DNA of 64,000 nt from an uncultured Solirubrobacterales bacterium. Its GTDB lineage: Bacteria > Actinomycetota > Thermoleophilia > Solirubrobacterales > Solirubrobacteraceae. The stretch spans positions 29,265 to 93,264 of the forward strand of contig CAVYRI010000002.1 of NCBI GenBank assembly GCA_963770885.1. The letters run 5' to 3'. The position numbers and the translations under genes are program-made. This document shows positions 59,005-64,000 of this stretch, piece after piece. Numbering within the stretch: the first letter of the stretch is position 1; each line of letters starts with the position of its first letter. The notes beneath the pieces are model-generated. The model ran no database searches and was not told the DNA's origin. It worked only from the letters and a program-made list of their open reading frames with translations.

Positions 59005-60067
59005 GCGCGAACTCCGCCAACGGCTTGCCGAGCATCGCCTCGACCTCGGGGTAGACGCTCGGCTCCTTGACGCCGTCACCGAGCGGGACATTGGCCTTGG
59101 GCACGTGCAGGACGGCGACCTCGTCGCCCTCGCGGAGGTTGGCGATCGAGATGATCCTTCCGGTCTGCACCGACAGCGTCGCCAGGACGTCGGGGAAGGT
59201 GGCCAAGCGCTCGCCGCCCGACTCGGCGGTCAGGTACTCGTTGACGAATCCCAGCTCCAATTCATCGACGACGATCGTGCCGACGTCAAACGCGTTCTCG
59301 GTTCTCAGCTCGCGGCTGCGGACACGACCCTCCGCGATCACCGCGCCGCCGAGATGGTCGGCGGTCGTCTCGATCATCCGTCTCGGGCCGTCGGCCTCGA
59401 CGGCGAGGATCGCCTCGCCGAGCGCCAGCGCGAAGCTGATCGCGCCGACCGCCGCATGGCGGGCGACGAACGACGCCGGGAGCGGGTTGCGCGCGCACGA
59501 GATGAAGCCACCGGATTGCTCGGCGGCGGTGCGGAGCACGTTGGCGGTGTGGCGAACCGTGCCCCGGGTGACCACCTCGAGGTAGCGGTTCTGCGCCCGG
59601 TTGCCGCCTGCGACGGCCTGGACAGTCTGGTGGTCGTCATCGGCGGCGAGCCCAAACGAGCCCATCTTGCCGGTCGGGTGGGCGCGCCCGTCACCGGCGG
59701 CGTCGATCACCAGCGTGCCGAGCACCGCGGACGCGACCCAGCCGTTGCAGGTCGTCGAGGAACCGTTCTGGGCGGTGACGGTGCCGACGATCGGCGCGGG
59801 CACCGCCTCGATCAGCAACTGGAGCGCGCGGACATAGTCGCCCGGTCGCATCTCCCAGCCGACGGCGGCCGGCGCGCCGATCGCGCTCACCGTCGCGAGC
59901 ATCGCCTCGGGGTCGACCTCGCCCAGTGAGGCGAGCCGGGGCGTCCCGTACTGGACGGCGGTCGTGCCGACGAGCATTCCATGGTCGACCCAGCCGCCGC
60001 CACCGGCGGCGAGCACCGAGCCGCCCGCGACGGCTGCGTGGACGGCAGCCAGATCCAGGTCTCTCAC
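58997..60067 (-). CDS. DUF917 family protein (candidate thiohydantoin desulfhydrase)
   Basis: GGSVLAAGGGG, VSAIGAP, AQNG, VIDAAGDGRAHP..KMG, NEY, TFPDVL; 356 aa. Confidence 0.85.
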   Translation of the reverse strand: MRDLDLAAVHAAVAGGSVLAAGGGGWVDHGMLVGTTAVQYGTPRLASLGEVDPEAMLATVSAIGAPAAVGWEMRPGDYVRALQLLIEAVPAPIVGTVTAQNGSSTTCNGWVASAVLGTLVIDAAGDGRAHPTGKMGSFGLAADDDHQTVQAVAGGNRAQNRYLEVVTRGTVRHTANVLRTAAEQSGGFISCARNPLPASFVARHAAVGAISFALALGEAILAVEADGPRRMIETTADHLGGAVIAEGRVRSRELRTENAFDVGTIVVDELELGFVNEYLTAESGGERLATFPDVLATLSVQTGRIISIANLREGDEVAVLHVPKANVPLGDGVKEPSVYPEVEAMLGKPLAEFALA

Positions 60068-61710
60068 GGCTCACCTCCAATCGTCGGCAATCCAAGGCCA
60101 AACTCCCGCGCACCGGCCTGCGCTTGCTCGAGGCCCGCGTCGGCGTGGCGCAGAACGCCAAGCGCGGTGTCGACGTTCAGGGCGCCGGCGAGACGCAGCC
60201 GCGCGTCCTCGGTGCCGGTGGCGACCACGGTCATGCCGGCGCTCTGCGAGTAACCGGCGTAGCCACCGCCGCCGGCGTGAAGGGCGACGAGGTCCGCGCC
60301 GGCGGCCGTCGTCAGCAGCGCGTTGAGCAACGGCCAGTCGCTGATCGGGTCAGAGCCGTCGGGCATCGCCTCGGTGATTATGTTGGGGTGGGTCATCGCG
60401 CCGCCGTCCATGTGATCGCGGGTGAACGCGACCGGCGCCTGCAGCCGTCCGTCGGCGACCGCCTCGTTGACCGCGAGCGCCAGCCGCGCGCGCTCGCCGT
60501 GTCCGAGCCAGGCGATCCGCGCCGGCAGCCCCTGGCGGCTGACGTGTTCGCGCGCCAGCGCGATCCAGTTGACGATCCGCGGCACCCCGTCGAACAGCTC
60601 CAGGCAGAGATCATCGACGAGCTCGAGATCGCCGTCCTCACCCGACAGGCAGATCCAGCGAAAGGGCCCGATCCCGCGGCAGAACAGGGGCCTGATGTAG
60701 CGCGCGGTGAAGATGTCGATGTCGAGCGCCTCGGGAAGTCCGCCACCCGCCGCCTGAGGCCGGATGTTATTGCCGTAATCGAACGTGATCGCGCCCCGCT
60801 CACGCAGCTCCAGCATCGAGCGGACGTGAGCGACCAGCGTCGCCAGCGCGAGCGCCTCGAGCTTGCCCGGATCGCCGAGCCGCAGCGCGGCCACCTCGTC
60901 CATCGCGAGCCCCGCCGGCAGGTAGCCGCTGCGCAGGTCATGCGCGGCGGTCAGGTCGGTGACGACGTCGGGCACGACGCCGCGCCCGACCAGTCCCTTC
61001 AGCAGCTCGGCCGCGTTGACGGCGACTCCGACGGCCAGCGGGCGGCGATCGGCGCGGGCCGCGAGTGCGGCGTCGAGCGCCTCGTCGATCACGTCGGCGG
61101 CGAGATCGAGCTTGCCCTCGTCGAGCCGGCGGCGCACCTTGTCGGGATCGGCGTCGGCGACCAGGCAGACGCCGCCGAGCATCCGGGCGATCGCGACCGG
61201 CTGCGCGGCGCCCATCCCGCCGAGGCCTGCGGTTGTGACCAGACGCCCGCTCAGCGAGCCGCCAAAGTGCTCGCGTGCGACCTCGGCGAACGTCTCGTAG
61301 GTCCCCTGGAGCACTCCCTGGGCGCCGATGTACTGCCAGCACCCGGCGGTCAGCCCGCCCCACGCGATCAGGTTGCGCCGCTCGAGCTCGTAGAAGATCT
61401 CCGGCGTTGCCCAGCGGCCGACGAGGTTGCCGTTGGCCAGCAGGACAGCTGGTGAGCGCGGGCCGGTGGGCAGCACCGCGATCGGCTTGCCCGACTGGAC
61501 GATCAGCGTCTCGCCGTCGCCGAGCACGAGCAGCGCGGCGACGATCGCGTCGAGGCTGTCTCGGTCACGGGCCACCTTGGCGTGGGCGGCGTAGACGACC
61601 AACCGCTCGGGATCCTCGGCGATCGCGAGGTTGTTCTCCAGCAGTCGCAGGATCGCCTCCTGGCGCCAGCCGCGGCAGCGCAGAGAGGGTGCCCGAGGGG
61701 CCTCAGGCAC
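60064..61710 (-). CDS. divergent urocanate hydratase homologue (candidate thiourocanate hydratase)
   Basis: [90 protein letters not shown]; start uncertain (61710 or 61728). Confidence 0.88.
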   Translation of the reverse strand: MPEAPRAPSLRCRGWRQEAILRLLENNLAIAEDPERLVVYAAHAKVARDRDSLDAIVAALLVLGDGETLIVQSGKPIAVLPTGPRSPAVLLANGNLVGRWATPEIFYELERRNLIAWGGLTAGCWQYIGAQGVLQGTYETFAEVAREHFGGSLSGRLVTTAGLGGMGAAQPVAIARMLGGVCLVADADPDKVRRRLDEGKLDLAADVIDEALDAALAARADRRPLAVGVAVNAAELLKGLVGRGVVPDVVTDLTAAHDLRSGYLPAGLAMDEVAALRLGDPGKLEALALATLVAHVRSMLELRERGAITFDYGNNIRPQAAGGGLPEALDIDIFTARYIRPLFCRGIGPFRWICLSGEDGDLELVDDLCLELFDGVPRIVNWIALAREHVSRQGLPARIAWLGHGERARLALAVNEAVADGRLQAPVAFTRDHMDGGAMTHPNIITEAMPDGSDPISDWPLLNALLTTAAGADLVALHAGGGGYAGYSQSAGMTVVATGTEDARLRLAGALNVDTALGVLRHADAGLEQAQAGAREFGLGLPTIGGEP

Positions 61711-63088
61711 CGGCTGCCGCGGGCTCACGTGCCGTCGATCCGCGCTCACCCGGGGCGGCGCCGTGCTCGCGGGGAAGGACTGCGGGTACAAATCGGCCGT
61801 GGCCCGGAGCCGAGCCGACGCTGGTGCCGTCCCACACCTGCACCCCGCGCGAGAAGGCGGCGATCACCCGGCCCCGCAGGCGCCGGCCGGCGTACGGGCT
61901 CCAGCCGGCAGCCGTCACCAGCCGCGCCGGATCGATCTCCCACTCGAGCTCGGGATCGAGCACGAGGACGTCGGCGTCGGCGCCGGGCAGCAGGTTGCCC
62001 TTGCGGGGCCAGAGCCCGAACCGGCGGGCGGGCGCCTCGCTGACCAGCCGCACCAGTGCATGCGCGCCGAGCGCGTCGTGGACGAGCGGAACGATCAGCT
62101 CGACGCCCGGCGCGCCCGATGCGAGCGCGAAGATGTCGGGCCCGTGCTTGCGCTCCACCGGCCAGCCGACGTGGTCTGACGAGATCAGATCGAGGCCATC
62201 GACCGGCAGCGGTGCGGCGCGCAGCGGCGGGTTGATCTTCGCCTCGCCTCCCTGGCGCACCAGCTCGGTCTCGTCGAGCAGCAGGTAGTGCGGGCAGGTC
62301 TCTGCGGTCACGTCGACACCGTCGCGGCGGGCCGCGATCACCAGCTTCACCGCGCGGGGCGTCGAGACGTGGCAGATGTGGATGCGGACCCCGGTCGCGC
62401 GCGCCAACTCGAGCACCCGCGCGACGGCCTCGTGCTCGGCGACCGGCGGTCGCGAGCGAGCATGGGCGAGCGGATCGGCGCCACCGGTGGCGGCCTGCTC
62501 GGCCGCGATCCCGGCGCGGACTATCTCGTCGTTCTCGGCGTGGATGCCGGCCAGGCCGCCGGCCGCCGCGATCTGCTGGAACGCTGCCAGTAACTGCCCG
62601 TCGGGGATCCGGGGGAAGCGCTGCGGGTGGGTCTCGAAGGTCGAGAGCTTGAACGCGGCAGCCCCGGCAGCGACGAGCGCCGCGACCTCGTCGATCGCGC
62701 CGCGGGGCGGGACCGTCGCCCACAGACCGACATCGACGTGCGCCTCGCGCTCGACGTCGGCGACCTTGGCCGCGAAGGCGTCCACGGTGTCGATCGGACC
62801 GGCGGCGTCGTAGGGCATGTCGACGATCGTCGTCACGCCGCCCGCGGCGGCTGCGCTCGTGCAGCGCTCGATTCCCTCGCCGTCATAGCTGCGGGTGTGG
62901 ACGTGGACATCCACCGCGCCGGGGAGCAGCAGCGCGTCGCCGTAATCGATGCCACCGGGCAGTGGCTCGCCAACGTGCTCGATACGACCGTCGCGGATTG
63001 ACAGGCCAGCCCGTCTCGCGGCCCCGTTGAGGCCGAGAACCCTTCCCGAAACGTTCTCGATGGCTGAGATAGAGGTAGGGTATAACAC
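61703..63088 (-). CDS. cyclic amidohydrolase (allantoinase/hydantoinase/dihydroorotase family)
   Basis: PGAVDVHVH, AAAAGGVTTIVDMP, FKLS, HAEN, HICHVST, ETCPHYL, KINPPLR, SSDH, GADADVL; start uncertain. Confidence 0.88.
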   Translation of the reverse strand: MLYPTSISAIENVSGRVLGLNGAARRAGLSIRDGRIEHVGEPLPGGIDYGDALLLPGAVDVHVHTRSYDGEGIERCTSAAAAGGVTTIVDMPYDAAGPIDTVDAFAAKVADVEREAHVDVGLWATVPPRGAIDEVAALVAAGAAAFKLSTFETHPQRFPRIPDGQLLAAFQQIAAAGGLAGIHAENDEIVRAGIAAEQAATGGADPLAHARSRPPVAEHEAVARVLELARATGVRIHICHVSTPRAVKLVIAARRDGVDVTAETCPHYLLLDETELVRQGGEAKINPPLRAAPLPVDGLDLISSDHVGWPVERKHGPDIFALASGAPGVELIVPLVHDALGAHALVRLVSEAPARRFGLWPRKGNLLPGADADVLVLDPELEWEIDPARLVTAAGWSPYAGRRLRGRVIAAFSRGVQVWDGTSVGSAPGHGRFVPAVLPREHGAAPGERGSTAREPAAAGA

Positions 63089-63097
63089 CCATAGCTC

Positions 63098-64000
63098 ATG
63101 ACCATCGTCTCAGCTAACGAGAAGATTCTCCTCAGTGGCGATGGTCTGACCGTGGACGACGTGCTGGCGATCGCACGCGGCCGCGCGCGGGTCGAGCTCG
63201 ACCCGGCTGCGCTCGTCCGCGTTCGCGCGGCGCGCGAGGTCGTCGACCGGGTGCTGGCCAGCGGTGAGTCGGTGTACGGGCTCAACACTGGTCTCGGATC
63301 GCTGTCGCGCCACCACATCGCGCTCGACGAGATCGGCGCGTTCTCGTTCGCGACGGTCGCCGATCAGGTCTCCTCCTACGGCCGCCCGCTGCCGAGCGAC
63401 GTCGTGCGCGCGATGATGGTCTCGCGGGTCAACGGCATGCTGAAGGCCGGAGTGGGGGTGACGCGTGAGCTGATCGAGCTGCTGGTCGCATTGCTGAACG
63501 CCGACGTGCACCCGATCGTGCGGATGCTTGGATCGGTCGGTCAGGGTGACCTGTCGGAGATGGCCGACATCGGCAAGGTCCTGATCGGCCGCGGCTGGGC
63601 CGAGTACGAGAACGAGACCGTGCCCGGTGACGAGGCGCTGCGCCGCGCCGGGATCGAGCCGATCGCCTTGGGCCCCAAGGAGGCGCTCGGGTTGATCAGC
63701 GCCAACGGGGTGACGATCGGGCGCGGCTCGCTCGTCCTCGTCGACGCCGCCGACCTGATCGAGAGCATGCAGATCGCTGCGGCGCTCAGCTTCGAGGCGT
63801 TCGCGGCGAACCTCTCGATCATTCATCCGGCTGCCGATCGCGCCCGTCCCCACTCCGGTCAGCAGACCGCGAGCGCGCGGCTGCGCGAGCTGCTGGAGGA
63901 CTCCGAGCTGTGGCGGCCCGGTGCGGCCCGAAACCTCCAGGACCCGCTCTCGATCCGCTGCGTGCCGCAGACCCACGGCGCCGTCTATGACGCGCTCTCG
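63098..64000 (+). CDS. aromatic amino acid lyase family protein lacking the ASG/MIO motif (lyase 4; candidate ergothioneine/hercynine TMA-lyase), 3'-truncated by the window edge
   Basis: Own translation from ATG 63098 (missing from the ORF track, no stop before the edge): LSGDGLTVDDV, VYGLNTGLG, GSVGQGDL, LGPKEAL, ISANG, LQDPLSIRCVPQTHG; TATAAC at 63081-63086. Confidence 0.87.
   Translation, partial: MTIVSANEKILLSGDGLTVDDVLAIARGRARVELDPAALVRVRAAREVVDRVLASGESVYGLNTGLGSLSRHHIALDEIGAFSFATVADQVSSYGRPLPSDVVRAMMVSRVNGMLKAGVGVTRELIELLVALLNADVHPIVRMLGSVGQGDLSEMADIGKVLIGRGWAEYENETVPGDEALRRAGIEPIALGPKEALGLISANGVTIGRGSLVLVDAADLIESMQIAAALSFEAFAANLSIIHPAADRARPHSGQQTASARLRELLEDSELWRPGAARNLQDPLSIRCVPQTHGAVYDALS

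Overview
High-GC (roughly 70%) bacterial DNA, most likely from an actinomycete (Thermoleophilia/Solirubrobacterales-like; inferred from composition, leaderless promoters and gene types). The window is almost entirely coding (about 58 genes) and looks like a methylamine/betaine and histidine-derivative catabolic island. (1) 6.2-12.4 kb: dimethylglycine dehydrogenase-like GcvT-fold flavoprotein, EtfB, EtfA and an EtfD/FadF-type membrane Fe-S oxidoreductase. (2) 12.4-20.6 kb: a complete acetogen-style corrinoid methyl-transfer set (non-pyrrolysine MttB, corrinoid protein, MetV, MetF, MeTr, RACo, DUF1638) with an IclR regulator. (3) 23-32 kb: threonine/serine dehydratase, GntR, IclR, aldehyde dehydrogenase, APC permease and a cNMP-CBS-DUF294 protein; a shared CTGATATAT operator occurs in three promoters. 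(4) 35.7-46.5 kb: a hut-like operon (hutU, hutI, hutF, ornithine cyclodeaminase homologue, amidohydrolase) with three aromatic-amino-acid-lyase homologues, none of which has the Ala-Ser-Gly MIO motif. (5) 47.4-57.7 kb: an IclR-linked ABC importer operon with a Zn alcohol dehydrogenase, a formaldehyde-activating-enzyme (Fae) homologue, an enolase-superfamily enzyme and a beta-hydroxyacid dehydrogenase. (6) 57.8-64 kb: carbamoylase, DUF917, a divergent urocanase, a cyclic amidohydrolase and a fourth MIO-less lyase (truncated by the window edge), matching the five-enzyme set of ergothioneine catabolism. Six clear single-base (+1) frameshifts in five genes, one further possible one and one ACG start codon are present; many are probably sequencing/assembly errors. 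No rRNA, tRNA, CRISPR array or transposase was seen.
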